Below, piece after piece: positions 1 to 10,614 of a stretch of DNA of 64,000 nucleotides; the first letter of the stretch is position 1, and every line of letters begins with the position of its first letter. The stretch spans positions 937 through 64,936 of the forward strand of contig USGG01000004.1 in NCBI GenBank assembly GCA_900554215.1, read 5' to 3'. The notes below the pieces were generated by a model, which saw only the letters and a list, made by a program, of their open reading frames with translations, was not told the DNA's origin and ran no database searches. Source of the stretch: an uncultured Megasphaera sp. (GTDB taxonomy: Bacteria > Bacillota > Negativicutes > Veillonellales > Megasphaeraceae). The position numbers were made by a program, and so were the translations under genes.

Positions 1-708
1 CCCCGCGGCAGCTCTATTCAGAAGGGCGAAAGCTTCCGCGACACGCTGCTTACCGTTACGGCTATGGGTGTAGACGCCATCGTCATGCGGCAGAAGCAGG
101 AAGGCTCTCCCTGGTTTGCCCGCCGATGCGTCGACCCGATCATCATCAACGCCGGCGACGGCGCGCACGAACATCCGACGCAGGGCCTTCTCGACTTGTT
201 TACTATTCAGGAAGCGAAGGGCCGTATTGACGGGCTGAAAGTCGTCATCGTCGGCGATATCGACCACGGCCGCGTAGCCCGTTCCAATATTTACGGCCTG
301 CAGACCATGGGCGCCGACGTGCACCTCGTCGGTCCCCGCACGCTGCTCCAGCCGGAGCTGGAATCCATGGGCGTCACCGTGCACTACAACCTGGAAGAAG
401 CCATTCAGGACGCCGATGTCATCAACGTCCTCCGCATTCAGAAGGAACGGCAGGGCATTGGGTTCTTCCCCAGCGCCGGCGAATACAATTCCCTCTTCGG
501 CATCAACCAGAAGCGCCTGGCTCTGGCAAAGGACGACGTCCTGGTCATGCATCCCGGCCCGATGAACCGCGGCATTGAAATCGACACGGATACGTGCTAC
601 AGCGACCATTCGGCCATTCAGGAACAGGTTAAAAACGGCGTGTCCGTCCGGATGGCAGTTCTGTATTTGACAATCATAGGAGGCGATGACGTTGACATTA
701 CTCGTTAA
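1..708 (+). CDS. pyrB: Aspartate carbamoyltransferase catalytic subunit (5' end lies upstream of the window)
   Basis: Motifs INAGDGAHEHPTQGLLD, GDIDHGRVARSN and MHPGPMNRG; the frame is open from base 1 (PRGSSIQKGES); followed by pyrC. Confidence 0.95.
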   Translation, partial: PRGSSIQKGESFRDTLLTVTAMGVDAIVMRQKQEGSPWFARRCVDPIIINAGDGAHEHPTQGLLDLFTIQEAKGRIDGLKVVIVGDIDHGRVARSNIYGLQTMGADVHLVGPRTLLQPELESMGVTVHYNLEEAIQDADVINVLRIQKERQGIGFFPSAGEYNSLFGINQKRLALAKDDVLVMHPGPMNRGIEIDTDTCYSDHSAIQEQVKNGVSVRMAVLYLTIIGGDDVDITR

Positions 709-1981
709 AGGCGGCAGGGTAGTCAACCCGGCTGTACAGCAAGATGAAATATGCGATATTCTCATTGAAGACGGCAAAATCAAAGCCGTAGGAACGAATC
801 TTCCGGCAGAAGGCGCCGAAATATACGACGCGTCGGGCTTGGTCGTAGCGCCGGGCTTTATCGACATGCACGTCCATCTCCGCCAGCCCGGCCAGTCGGC
901 GAAGGAAACCATCGCGACGGGCACGAGAGCCGCGGCGGCCGGCGGCATTACCCGCGTCGCTACGATGCCTAACACCAGCCCGGTCATTGACAAGGCCATC
1001 ATTGTAGAAGGCCTGAAATATAAAGCGGAAAAAGAAGGCGTCGTCAAGGTCGAAGTCATCGGCGCGATTTCCAAGAACCTGGAAGGCCAGGAGCTGTCCG
1101 GCATGGGCGGCATGGTCAAAGCCGGCGTCGTCGCCTTTTCTGACGACGGCCGCTTCGTCGAAAACTCCGACTTCATGCGCAAGGCAATGGAATACGCCAG
1201 CATGTTCGACAAGGTAATCATCGACCACTGCGAAGAAACGGAACTCGTCGCCGGCGGCAATATGCACGAAGGCGTCGTGTCCAATCAGCTGGGCATTAAG
1301 GGCCGTCCGGCCGTCGCCGAAGACATTGCCGTCGCCCGCGATATCCTGCTGGCCGAAGCGACGGGCACGCCCGTTCACATCGCCCATATCAGCACGAAGA
1401 ACGCCGTCGACATGGTGCGGCAGGCCAAGAAAAAAGGCCTCCGCGTCACGGCGGAAGCGACGCCCCAGCATATGATCCTGACGGACGAAGCAATTCGTTC
1501 TTTTGAAACGCGTTTTAAGGTCAACCCGCCCCTGCGTTCGGACGACCACCGCGCCGCCGTCGTAGAAGGCCTGAAAGACGGTACCATCGACGCCATCGTC
1601 ACGGACCACGCGCCTCACGAATGGGAAGAAAAGGATCAGGAATTCAACCTGGCTCCCAGCGGCTTTGTAGGTCTCGAAACGAGTGTCGGCGCCGTACTGA
1701 CCTACTTGTATCATACAGGTGAGGTCGACCTCATGACGATCGTCAACGCCATGTCTACGGCTCAGGCTAAGATCCTGCGCCTCGACGCCGGCGTCATCGC
1801 TCCGGGAAAAGATGCGGACCTGACGATTCTCGACCTCGACAAGGAATGGACTGTGGACGCTTCGGCGTTCTACTCCAAAGGCAAAGCGTCGCCCTTTGAC
1901 GAAATGATATTTAAAGGCAAGGCCGTAGCGACAGTCGTTGACGGCGCCTTTGTAATGAAAGATGGGGAGGTCTTACGATGA
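686..1981 (+). CDS. pyrC: Dihydroorotase (TTG at 692 is a possible alternative start)
   Basis: PGFIDMHVHLR, KVNPPLR and TDHAPH amidohydrolase motifs; pyr operon context. Confidence 0.95.
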   Translation: MTLTLLVKGGRVVNPAVQQDEICDILIEDGKIKAVGTNLPAEGAEIYDASGLVVAPGFIDMHVHLRQPGQSAKETIATGTRAAAAGGITRVATMPNTSPVIDKAIIVEGLKYKAEKEGVVKVEVIGAISKNLEGQELSGMGGMVKAGVVAFSDDGRFVENSDFMRKAMEYASMFDKVIIDHCEETELVAGGNMHEGVVSNQLGIKGRPAVAEDIAVARDILLAEATGTPVHIAHISTKNAVDMVRQAKKKGLRVTAEATPQHMILTDEAIRSFETRFKVNPPLRSDDHRAAVVEGLKDGTIDAIVTDHAPHEWEEKDQEFNLAPSGFVGLETSVGAVLTYLYHTGEVDLMTIVNAMSTAQAKILRLDAGVIAPGKDADLTILDLDKEWTVDASAFYSKGKASPFDEMIFKGKAVATVVDGAFVMKDGEVLR

Positions 1982-3036
1982 AAGGAATTCTCATATTAGA
2001 GAATGGACAGAAATTCTACGGCCAGATGCTGATGAGCGAACCGGCTGTCGGCGAAGTCGTATTTAATACGGGCATGACGGGCTATCAGGAAACCTTTACG
2101 GACCCGTCCTATGCCGGCCAGATCATTACGATGACCTACCCGCTTATCGGCAACTACGGCTTGTTCCACGAAATCGAACAGGCCGACCGCCCCTATGCGG
2201 CAGGCTTCGTCGTCGGCGAGCTCTGCGATTCGCCGAGCAACTGGCAGAACGAAGGCGAGCTGGCAACGTTTATCCGGACGCACCATATTCCCTGCCTGTA
2301 TGGCGTCGACACCCGCGCCGTTACGCGGGCGATCCGCAGCCACGGCGTCATGAAGGGTGTCATCGTTCCCGAAACGATGAGCGAAAGCGCCGTCAAGGAA
2401 CTGTTTGACACGCCCTTGGAAACGCAGCTCGTCCGCCGCGTCACGACGCGGAACATCAAGCACATGGGCAGCGGCAAATTCCACGTCGCCGTCATGGACT
2501 ACGGCGCGAAGACCAACATTCTCCGCGATTTAGTCCGCAACGGCTGCCGCCTGACGATTTTCCCGGCGGAAACGAAGGCCGAAGACGTACTGGCCATCAA
2601 TCCCGACGGCATTTTCCTCAGCAACGGCCCCGGCGACCCGAAGGACGTTCCCTACGTCGTAGAAGAAGTCAAGAAATTCATCGGCAAGAAGCCTATCTTC
2701 GGCATCTGCCTCGGCCTGCAGATGCTGGGCCTGGCGCTGGGCGGCAAGAGCCGCAAGCTGACCTTCGGCCATCGCGGCGCCAACCATCCGGTCAAGGATA
2801 TCCGTACGAACCGCGTATACATTACGTCGCAGAACCACGGCTACGTCATCGATGAAGCGTCCCTGCCGGACAACGTCGTCATCACGCACCGCAACCTGCA
2901 CGACAATACGCTGGAAGGCTTCGAAGTGCCGGAACAACATATCATGTGCGTGCAGTACCATCCGGAAGCATCGCCGGGACCGACTGATAACTTGTATTTA
3001 TTTGAACAATTTATCAAGATGATGGAGGAAAATTAA
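1978..3036 (+). CDS. carA: Carbamoyl-phosphate synthase small subunit
   Basis: [28 protein letters not shown] and [10 protein letters not shown] motifs. Confidence 0.97.
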   Translation: MKGILILENGQKFYGQMLMSEPAVGEVVFNTGMTGYQETFTDPSYAGQIITMTYPLIGNYGLFHEIEQADRPYAAGFVVGELCDSPSNWQNEGELATFIRTHHIPCLYGVDTRAVTRAIRSHGVMKGVIVPETMSESAVKELFDTPLETQLVRRVTTRNIKHMGSGKFHVAVMDYGAKTNILRDLVRNGCRLTIFPAETKAEDVLAINPDGIFLSNGPGDPKDVPYVVEEVKKFIGKKPIFGICLGLQMLGLALGGKSRKLTFGHRGANHPVKDIRTNRVYITSQNHGYVIDEASLPDNVVITHRNLHDNTLEGFEVPEQHIMCVQYHPEASPGPTDNLYLFEQFIKMMEEN

Positions 3037-3037
3037 C

Positions 3038-6000
3038 ATGATAGAAGGATTGAAGAAAGTTCTCGTTATCGGATCCGGCCCTATCATTATCGGCCAGGCC
3101 GCAGAATTTGACTATGCCGGCACGCAGGCTTGCCGGGCTTTGAAGGAAGAAGGCCTGGAAGTCGTCCTCATCAACAGCAACCCAGCGACGATTATGACGG
3201 ACGAAGATATTGCCGACCGCGTATATATCGAACCGATTTCCCTCGATTACGTGACGGAAGTCATTGAAAAAGAACGTCCCGATGGATTGTTGGCAACCCT
3301 GGGCGGCCAGGTCGGCCTGAACATGGCCGTTGAACTGGCGAACGCCGGCGTGCTGGAAAAATACAACGTAAAATTGCTGGGAACCCACCTTTCGGCCATT
3401 AAGGAAGCAGAAGACCGCGAGCTCTTTAAGGAAGCCATGAAGGACATCAACCAGCCCGTGCCGGAAAGCGATATCTTTGAAGATGTCCAGTCGGCCATTG
3501 ATTTCGCCGATAAAATCGGTTATCCGATCATCGTCCGTCCGGCCTTTACCCTCGGCGGCACCGGCGGCGGCATCGCCCACGACGAAGACGAGCTGTTCAT
3601 GATCGCGACCCGCGGCATCAAGCTCAGCCCGATCAACCAGATCCTCGTCGAACGGTCCGTTGCCGGCTGGAAAGAAATCGAATACGAAGTCATGCGCGAT
3701 AAAGCGGACAACTGCATCATCGTCTGCAACATGGAAAACATCGACCCCGTCGGCGTCCATACGGGCGACTCCATCGTCGTCGCGCCGAGCCAGACCCTGA
3801 ACGACTTGCAGTACCAGATGCTGCGCACGGCGTCTCTGGCCATCATCCGCCGCCTGAAAATCGAAGGGGGCTGCAACGTACAGTACGCCCTCGACCCGAA
3901 CAGCAACCAGTACTACGTCATCGAAGTAAACCCCCGCGTCAGCCGTTCGTCGGCTCTGGCCTCCAAGGCGACGGGCTATCCCATCGCCAAGGTTGCGGCG
4001 AAAGTCGCTACGGGCCTGACGCTGGACCAGATTACCAACGCCGTTACGGGCAAGACGACGGCCTGCTTCGAACCGACCCTCGACTACTGCGTCGTCAAGT
4101 TCCCGCGCTGGCCCTTCGAAAAATTTGCCTTGGCCGACAAGACGCTGGGCACGCAGATGAAGGCGACGGGCGAAGTCATGTCCCTGGACCGCTGCTTTGA
4201 AGGGGCCCTTCTCAAAGCCGTCCGTTCCCTGGAAATCGGCGTGAACTACCTGACGCTGAAAAAGCTGGAAAGCAAATCCCTCATCGAAATCGCCGAGCTC
4301 CTGCAGAAGCAGGACGACGAACGGCTCTTCGTCGTCACCCAGGCCCTGCGCCTCGGCCTCAGCGAAGAAAAGATTCACTATATTACGGGCTACGACATGT
4401 GGTTCCTCAGCAAGCTGAAGAACATCGTCGACCTGGAAGAAGCTCTGAAGAAACAGGGCCTTACGGAAGACAACGTCCGGCTGGCTAAACGGTACAGCAT
4501 GCCCGACGCCGTCGTTGCAGCCTTTGCCGGCAAGACGGAAGATGAAGTACGGTCCTTCCGGCAGGAAAAGGGCATTACGCCGACCTTCAAGATGGTCGAT
4601 ACCTGCGCCGCCGAATTTGAAGCGGCGACGCCGTACTACTACTCCTGCTATGCTGCCGAAGACGAAGTTAAGCCCTTGGGCGACAAGAGCGTCGTCGTTC
4701 TCGGCTCCGGCCCGATCCGCATCGGCCAGGGTATCGAATTCGATTACTGCTCCGTCCACTCTGCCTGGGCGCTGCGCAAGGCCGGCATGAACAGCATTAT
4801 CGTCAACAATAACCCGGAAACGGTAAGTACGGACTTCGATACGTCCGACAGCCTGTACTTTGAACCGCTGACCGTAGAAGACGTCATGGCCGTTATCGAG
4901 AAGGAAAAGCCCGTCGGCGTCATCTGCCAGTTCGGCGGCCAGACGGCGATCAACCTGGCGGCTCCCCTGGCAAAACGGGGCGTCAAGGTTCTCGGCACGT
5001 CTGTCGAAGGCATGGACCGGGCCGAAGACCGCGAACGGTTCGACGAAGTATTGGCGAAGCTGAATATTCCCCGTCCCGACGGCCGTATCGCTACCAGCGA
5101 CAGCGAAGCCATGAAGGTTTCTCAGGAATTGGAATTCCCCCTCATCGTTCGTCCGTCTTACGTTCTCGGCGGCCGGGCTATGGAAATCGTATATAACGAA
5201 AAAGAACTGGAACGGTACCTGCGCGAAGCCGTTATCGCCTCGCCGGATCATCCGATTCTCATCGACGAATACATGACGGGCCGCGAAGTCGAAGTCGACG
5301 CCGTTGCCGACGGCACGGACGTCTTCATCCCCGGCATTATGGAACAGGTCGAACGAGCCGGCGTTCATTCGGGCGACTCCATCGCCGTCTATCCGCCGCA
5401 GCACCTCGACCAGGAAATGATCGATCAGATTGTCGACTACACGACGCGCATTTCCCTGGAACTGCAGGTCAAAGGCGCCGTCAACATCCAGTTCGTCGTA
5501 TCGAAGGGCAAGCTGTACATCATCGAAGTAAATCCCCGTTCGAGCCGTACCGTCCCCTTCCTGAGCAAGGTAACTCATTTCCCCATCGTCGAAGTCGCAA
5601 CGCGCATCGCCCTGGGTGAAACGCTGAAAGACATGGGCTACGGCAGTGGCCTTATGCCGGCTAAGGGCCACGTCGCCGCCAAAGCGCCTGTATTCTCCTT
5701 CAGCAAAATCGGCCTGGCGGAAATCGCCCTCGGGCCGGAAATGAAATCGACAGGCGAAGTCATGGGTATCGGCAAGACCTATTCCGAAGCCCTGTATAAA
5801 GCCGTCAACGGCGCGAAGATGCGTATCCCTGCCGGCGGCACGATTCTCGTCACCGTTGCTGACCGCGATAAGGAAGAAGCTCTGCAGCTGGCTCACGGCT
5901 TTAAGGAATTGGGCTATCACATCATCGCTACGGAAGGCACGGGTCAGTACTTCAACGATCACGGCATGCCCGTCGACGTCGTCCGCAAGATCCATGAAGG

Positions 6001-6244
6001 CGGGCAGAACATTGCGACGCTCATCCGCAACGGCAAAATCGACCTGGTCGTCAATACGCTGACCTTCGGCAAGCATCCCGAACGGGACGGCTTCAACCTG
6101 CGCCGCATGGCTGTTGAATTGGCCGTTCCCTGCCTGACGTCTCTCGACACGGCCCGCGAAGTACTGCGCGTTTTCGCTAATAAAGGCAAAAACGACGGCT
6201 ATCATCACGTCGCCGCATTGCAGGATTACGATATGGATCGTTAA
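3038..6244 (+). CDS. carB: Carbamoyl-phosphate synthase large subunit
   Basis: [15 protein letters not shown], duplicated ATP-grasp halves ([11 protein letters not shown] / [10 protein letters not shown]) and a C-terminal MGS-like domain. Confidence 0.98.
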   Translation: MIEGLKKVLVIGSGPIIIGQAAEFDYAGTQACRALKEEGLEVVLINSNPATIMTDEDIADRVYIEPISLDYVTEVIEKERPDGLLATLGGQVGLNMAVELANAGVLEKYNVKLLGTHLSAIKEAEDRELFKEAMKDINQPVPESDIFEDVQSAIDFADKIGYPIIVRPAFTLGGTGGGIAHDEDELFMIATRGIKLSPINQILVERSVAGWKEIEYEVMRDKADNCIIVCNMENIDPVGVHTGDSIVVAPSQTLNDLQYQMLRTASLAIIRRLKIEGGCNVQYALDPNSNQYYVIEVNPRVSRSSALASKATGYPIAKVAAKVATGLTLDQITNAVTGKTTACFEPTLDYCVVKFPRWPFEKFALADKTLGTQMKATGEVMSLDRCFEGALLKAVRSLEIGVNYLTLKKLESKSLIEIAELLQKQDDERLFVVTQALRLGLSEEKIHYITGYDMWFLSKLKNIVDLEEALKKQGLTEDNVRLAKRYSMPDAVVAAFAGKTEDEVRSFRQEKGITPTFKMVDTCAAEFEAATPYYYSCYAAEDEVKPLGDKSVVVLGSGPIRIGQGIEFDYCSVHSAWALRKAGMNSIIVNNNPETVSTDFDTSDSLYFEPLTVEDVMAVIEKEKPVGVICQFGGQTAINLAAPLAKRGVKVLGTSVEGMDRAEDRERFDEVLAKLNIPRPDGRIATSDSEAMKVSQELEFPLIVRPSYVLGGRAMEIVYNEKELERYLREAVIASPDHPILIDEYMTGREVEVDAVADGTDVFIPGIMEQVERAGVHSGDSIAVYPPQHLDQEMIDQIVDYTTRISLELQVKGAVNIQFVVSKGKLYIIEVNPRSSRTVPFLSKVTHFPIVEVATRIALGETLKDMGYGSGLMPAKGHVAAKAPVFSFSKIGLAEIALGPEMKSTGEVMGIGKTYSEALYKAVNGAKMRIPAGGTILVTVADRDKEEALQLAHGFKELGYHIIATEGTGQYFNDHGMPVDVVRKIHEGGQNIATLIRNGKIDLVVNTLTFGKHPERDGFNLRRMAVELAVPCLTSLDTAREVLRVFANKGKNDGYHHVAALQDYDMDR

Positions 6245-6276
6245 AAAATATGCGTTAAGACAGATTACATATACAG

Positions 6277-6312
6277 ACCGCAGGAACTTGGAAACAGGTT
6301 CCTGCGGTTTTC
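6277..6312 (+). terminator. Intrinsic terminator after carB
   Basis: ACCGCAGGAAC/GTTCCTGCGGT inverted repeat followed by a T run. Confidence 0.8.
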
Positions 6313-6429
6313 TCTTGCCTTTTTACAGAAATTATTGAGAAAATCTGAAAAAATATAATAAACAGCGTGTATTTTCTGTGGGAATACAGGCTAATAGGTT
6401 ATTTTTATGTAAAAAATCCTGCATAAATC

Positions 6430-6473
6430 TTGACAAACAATTAAAATGCAATTATAATGAATAAAAATTCAAC
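6430..6473 (+). promoter_or_regulatory. SigA promoter of the arg operon overlapped by an ARG box
   Basis: TTGACA (6430-6435), 17 bp, TATAAT (6453-6458); AATGAATAAAAATTCAAC (6456-6473) resembles the ArgR consensus. Confidence 0.8.
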
Positions 6474-6539
6474 AAAACACCGCCGCGGCGAGGCAGAAGC
6501 TGACGACACGGGGCAGTAAGGTATAGAGGTGCATGAAAG

Positions 6540-7487
6540 GTGAAGACGAAGGTATTTATACATGGTCATGAAGGTACGACAGGGCTTAGAATTCACGAAC
6601 GGCTGAAGAGCCGCGAGGATATCGAGTTGGTTCCCATTGCCGACGAGCTGCGGAAAGAGCCGGAAGCGATTGCGGAATGCATGAAGAAAGCCGATTTGGC
6701 GTTCTTGTGCCTTCCCGATGGCGCGGCGAAAGAAGCCGTCGCTATCGCGGCTGACTGCCAGGTCCGCCTCATCGACACGTCGACGGCCCATCGGACGGCT
6801 GACGGCTGGACCTACGGCTTCCCCGAATTGTCATCGGCCCAGTATCAGGCGATTGCCGAAAGCGACCGCGTCGCCAACCCGGGCTGCCACGCCAGCGGCG
6901 TCATCGCCGTCGTCCAGCCGCTGGTACAGGCCGGCATCCTGCCGGACGACTATCCTGTAAGCGCCGTGTCCCTGACGGGATACAGCGGCGGCGGCAAGAA
7001 GATGATTGCCCAGTATGAAGGGGCAGATAAAGGCGAGGATTTGTTCTCGCCCCGCCAATACGGCCTGACGCAGCAGCACAAGCACTTAAAGGAAATCGTC
7101 GCAGTCTGCGGCCTGGCTCAGAAGCCGATTTTCTCTCCCATCGTCGACGATTACTACAGCGGTATGGAAGTCATGGTTCCCTTGTTTACCCATTTGCTGA
7201 AGGGAACGCCGTCGGTGCAGGATATCTGGCAGGCCTTGGCGGCTCATTACGAAGGAAGCCCCGTTGTCCGCGTCCTTCCCTTCGGCGAAGACAAGAGCGG
7301 CTTCGTCGCAGCCAATGCCATGAGCGGATACGACGACATGGAAATTCTCGTGACGGGCAACGACCAGCGCGTCGTCGTGACGGCCTTGTTTGATAACTTG
7401 GGAAAAGGCGCTTCCGGCGCGGCGATTCAGAATATGAACATCATGTTGGGCCTCGACCCGACGACAGGATTACAGATAACGAAGTAA
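6540..7487 (+). CDS. argC: N-acetyl-gamma-glutamyl-phosphate reductase (type 2)
   Basis: GHEGTTGL, IDTSTAHR, VANPGCHA, TGYSGGGK and DNLGKGASG motifs. Confidence 0.95.
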   Translation: MKTKVFIHGHEGTTGLRIHERLKSREDIELVPIADELRKEPEAIAECMKKADLAFLCLPDGAAKEAVAIAADCQVRLIDTSTAHRTADGWTYGFPELSSAQYQAIAESDRVANPGCHASGVIAVVQPLVQAGILPDDYPVSAVSLTGYSGGGKKMIAQYEGADKGEDLFSPRQYGLTQQHKHLKEIVAVCGLAQKPIFSPIVDDYYSGMEVMVPLFTHLLKGTPSVQDIWQALAAHYEGSPVVRVLPFGEDKSGFVAANAMSGYDDMEILVTGNDQRVVVTALFDNLGKGASGAAIQNMNIMLGLDPTTGLQITK

Positions 7488-7516
7488 AGACGCAGCAAGA
7501 GAAAGGTGGAGTTAGT

Positions 7517-8236
7517 ATGAAACAGGTATATGATGACAGCTGCTTACCGCAAGGATTCAGCGCGGCCGGTACGTACAGCGGCCTTTGCGACAGCCGTGTA
7601 CGATTGGATTTGGCTATGATCGTAAGCCGTACAAACTGCTCCATCGTCGTTTCCAGCGCTCAAGGCGTATGGCAGAGCTCGGGAAAGGCCTTGCTGCTGC
7701 ACAACGGGGCGGCTCTTCCCGACGGCCTGCGGGGACAGGAAATCCGGCAGGAAGTATGCAGTGCGGCGTCGCAGTATTTGTCGATAGCCGTTCAGGATGT
7801 GGCTTTCGTTGCCAGTGGCGTGAAAGGCCAGCATTTCCGCCCGTCCCGCCTCATCGACAGCTTGGCAGCCTTAGGCGCGTCGCTTTCGCCGGCGCACGGC
7901 GATCAGGTCGGCGCGGTCATCGACAACTTAGGCGATATGACGGACAGCGCCGTGGCGCTGGGAAGCGGCTCCGTTCACCTGAACGGCATGGCCGCCGACG
8001 GGACCGAGGCTAAGCCAGGGCTGTGCATCCTCACGACGGACGCCGCCGCGTCGCCGCAGCAGCTGCGGGACGCACTGGCAGCCTGTACGGGTGCGATCAA
8101 TACGGAGGGGTATACGATTATTGCCCTGGCCAACGGCATGGCGTCCGAGCCTGTCGGAGGCGCGTCGCTGGCCCAGGCCATGAAGCGCACTATGCTGCAG
8201 CTGGGATTCCAGCCAGCCTTACAGGCCTGCAGCTGA
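7517..8236 (+). CDS. argJ: Degenerate, shortened ArgJ-like protein lacking catalytic motifs
   Basis: PQGFSAAG..SGL, DLAMIVS, LTTDAA and LANG match the ArgJ scaffold at the canonical argC-argJ-argB position; KGSGM/NMAT, DGDTSTND and DGEG are absent; 239 aa versus about 400 aa. Confidence 0.65.
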   Translation: MKQVYDDSCLPQGFSAAGTYSGLCDSRVRLDLAMIVSRTNCSIVVSSAQGVWQSSGKALLLHNGAALPDGLRGQEIRQEVCSAASQYLSIAVQDVAFVASGVKGQHFRPSRLIDSLAALGASLSPAHGDQVGAVIDNLGDMTDSAVALGSGSVHLNGMAADGTEAKPGLCILTTDAAASPQQLRDALAACTGAINTEGYTIIALANGMASEPVGGASLAQAMKRTMLQLGFQPALQACS

Positions 8237-8330
8237 GCAGTAGAATCTGAAAGGACTACGTGGTACAATGAAACTGCGGAAATGCAGCTTCTTGTACCAC
8301 GTTACATTTTTTGTATTGGGGGAAGAGGAC

Positions 8331-9239
8331 ATGACAGAGTATAAAGATATGGCAATGCACGATATCCAATCGGTAACGAACGCGCAGAAGGCGCAGATTT
8401 TGATGAACGCCCTGCCGTATATTAAAAAATACAGCGGCAAAATCGTCGTCGTCAAATACGGCGGCAACGCGATGGTCAACGAAAGCCTGAAACGGGCCGT
8501 AATGGGCGATATCGTCCTGCTCAACCTCATCGGCATCAAGGTCGTCCTGGTGCACGGCGGCGGCCCGCACATCAAGGAAGTATTGGACCGCGTCGGCATC
8601 GAATCGAAGTTCATCGATGGCCTGCGGGTCACCGACGCCGAAACGATGAAAATCGTCCAGATGGTACTGGCCGGCCAGGTCAATAAGGATTTAGTCAGCC
8701 TCATCGGCTCGATGGGCGGCAACGCCATCGGCCTGTGCGGCCTCGACGACCGGATGATCCGCGTCCGCAAGCAGAGCGACGACCTGGGCTTCGTCGGCAA
8801 GATTACGTCGCTGGACGTTGAAATCATTCAGGATAATCTCGATAAGGGCTACATTCCCGTCATCGCTACGATCGGCACGGACAAAAACGGGCAGGCCTAC
8901 AACATCAACGCCGATACGGCGGCGGCCGAAATCGCCGGCGCCCTCAACGCCGAATGCATGGTGTCCATGACGAACATCGACGGCGTCCTGCGCGATAAGG
9001 ACGACCCATCGTCGCTGATTACGGACCTCACCTTGGCCCAGGCCGACGAGTTGAAAAAAGAAGGCGTCATCGCCGGCGGCATGATTCCGAAGGTGCAGTG
9101 CTGCATCGACGCCATTCAGGCCGGCGTCAAGAAGGTATTTATTGTCAACGGCATGGTTCCCCATGCGATTCTGATCGAGCTGCTGACGGAAGAAGGCCTG
9201 GGTACAATGTTTATCAATAAATATTCTGAAGGCCGCTGA
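8331..9239 (+). CDS. argB: Acetylglutamate kinase
   Basis: VVKYGGNAM, VHGGGP, YNINAD and GGMIPK motifs; purine-rich RBS before ATG 8331. Confidence 0.95.
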   Translation: MTEYKDMAMHDIQSVTNAQKAQILMNALPYIKKYSGKIVVVKYGGNAMVNESLKRAVMGDIVLLNLIGIKVVLVHGGGPHIKEVLDRVGIESKFIDGLRVTDAETMKIVQMVLAGQVNKDLVSLIGSMGGNAIGLCGLDDRMIRVRKQSDDLGFVGKITSLDVEIIQDNLDKGYIPVIATIGTDKNGQAYNINADTAAAEIAGALNAECMVSMTNIDGVLRDKDDPSSLITDLTLAQADELKKEGVIAGGMIPKVQCCIDAIQAGVKKVFIVNGMVPHAILIELLTEEGLGTMFINKYSEGR

Positions 9240-9250
9240 ATGGATATTGC

Positions 9251-10444
9251 ATGAAAAAGGAGATGTACGAATTGGCTATGGATTTTAAAGCTGCAGATAA
9301 AGAATATATCGTAAACGTATACAACCGGATGGATGCCGTGCTGGACCACGGCAAGGGTTCCGTCCTGTACGATGTCAACGGCAAGGAGTATATCGACCTC
9401 AGCGCCGGCATTGCCGTCAACGTCTTCGGCGTCTGTGACGACGTCTGGAAGGATGCGGTGACGGCCCAGCTCAACAAGCTGAGCCATATTTCCAACGTAT
9501 TTTATACGGAACCCCAGGTCATCCTGGCAAAAATGCTCTGCGAAAAAACGGGCATGAAAAAGGTCTTCTTTTCCAACTCCGGCGCAGAATCGAACGAATG
9601 CGCCATCAAGGCGGCCCGCAAATATTCTCACGACAAGTACGGCGACGGCCGCTATACGATCATCACGCTGAAAAACAGCTTTCACGGCCGGACGATGGCC
9701 ACGCTGACGGCCTGCGGCCAGGATTCGCTTCATGAGGATTTCGGCCCCTTCCTGGACGGCTTCGTCTACGCCGAAGCAGATAACTTCGAATCGGTCAAGG
9801 CCCTAGCCGAGGAGCATAATGTCTGCGCCGTCATGATGGAACTGGTACAGGGCGAAGGCGGCGTCCATCCTCTCGACCCGGCCTTTGTCCATTCCGTCGT
9901 CGACTATGCCCATAAAAAAGATATTCTGGTCATCATCGACGAAGTGCAGACCGGCAACGGCCGTACAGGCGCGCTGTACGCCTACATGAATTACGGCATT
10001 CATCCCGATATCGTCACGACGGCCAAGGCCATCGGCGGCGGCCTGCCCTTTGCGGCGACGATGTTCGCCGATTCCTGCCAATATACGCTGACGGACCATA
10101 CCCACGGCTCGACCTTCGGCGGCAATCCGATCTGCGCCGCCGGGGCCATCTCCATCGTAGAACGGCTGGACGACGCACTGATGGCCGAAGTACGGGAAAA
10201 GGGCGCGTATATCAAGGCCGAGCTGGAAATCTGCCAAAACGTCGAATTCGTGTCGGGCATGGGCCTGATGATCGGCGTGAAGCTCAAGAAGGACTTGGGA
10301 ACCGTCGTAAACGAATGCGTGGACAAGGGCGTCCTGGTCCTGACGGCCAACGGCCTGCTGCGCCTCCTGCCGCCCCTCAATATTCCATGGGACGTGCTGA
10401 AAAAGGGCATCACCGTCATCAAAGGCATTATCGACGGAGAATAA
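9251..10444 (+). CDS. argD: Acetylornithine aminotransferase
   Basis: FFSNSGAESNE, SFHGRT, DEVQTG, TTAKAIGGG and HGSTFGGNP motifs. Confidence 0.93.
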   Translation: MKKEMYELAMDFKAADKEYIVNVYNRMDAVLDHGKGSVLYDVNGKEYIDLSAGIAVNVFGVCDDVWKDAVTAQLNKLSHISNVFYTEPQVILAKMLCEKTGMKKVFFSNSGAESNECAIKAARKYSHDKYGDGRYTIITLKNSFHGRTMATLTACGQDSLHEDFGPFLDGFVYAEADNFESVKALAEEHNVCAVMMELVQGEGGVHPLDPAFVHSVVDYAHKKDILVIIDEVQTGNGRTGALYAYMNYGIHPDIVTTAKAIGGGLPFAATMFADSCQYTLTDHTHGSTFGGNPICAAGAISIVERLDDALMAEVREKGAYIKAELEICQNVEFVSGMGLMIGVKLKKDLGTVVNECVDKGVLVLTANGLLRLLPPLNIPWDVLKKGITVIKGIIDGE

Positions 10445-10465
10445 TCTATTTCGAATGCATGGAAG

Positions 10466-10500
10466 AAGACGAGCTGCATCGGCGCAGCTCGTCTTTTTTT
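10466..10500 (+). terminator. Intrinsic terminator after argD
   Basis: AAGACGAGCTGC/GCAGCTCGTCTT stem followed by a T run. Confidence 0.85.
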
Positions 10501-10614
10501 ACGTCAGGAATAAATTATACCTATTGTCTTGTCAGGGACGGCCTTATTGTTTTAAAATGAAGTATACCCCGCAAAAACTATAAAAAGTAAAGGAAGAGGA
10601 TAAGGAGACTAGAT

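Noticed and set aside
3014..6208. 1064-aa antisense ORF over carB, and similar long antisense ORFs over pyrC, the decarboxylase, dapL, tpsA and vorB
   Set aside because: Shadow frames caused by codon bias of the real genes; no recognisable motifs or RBS
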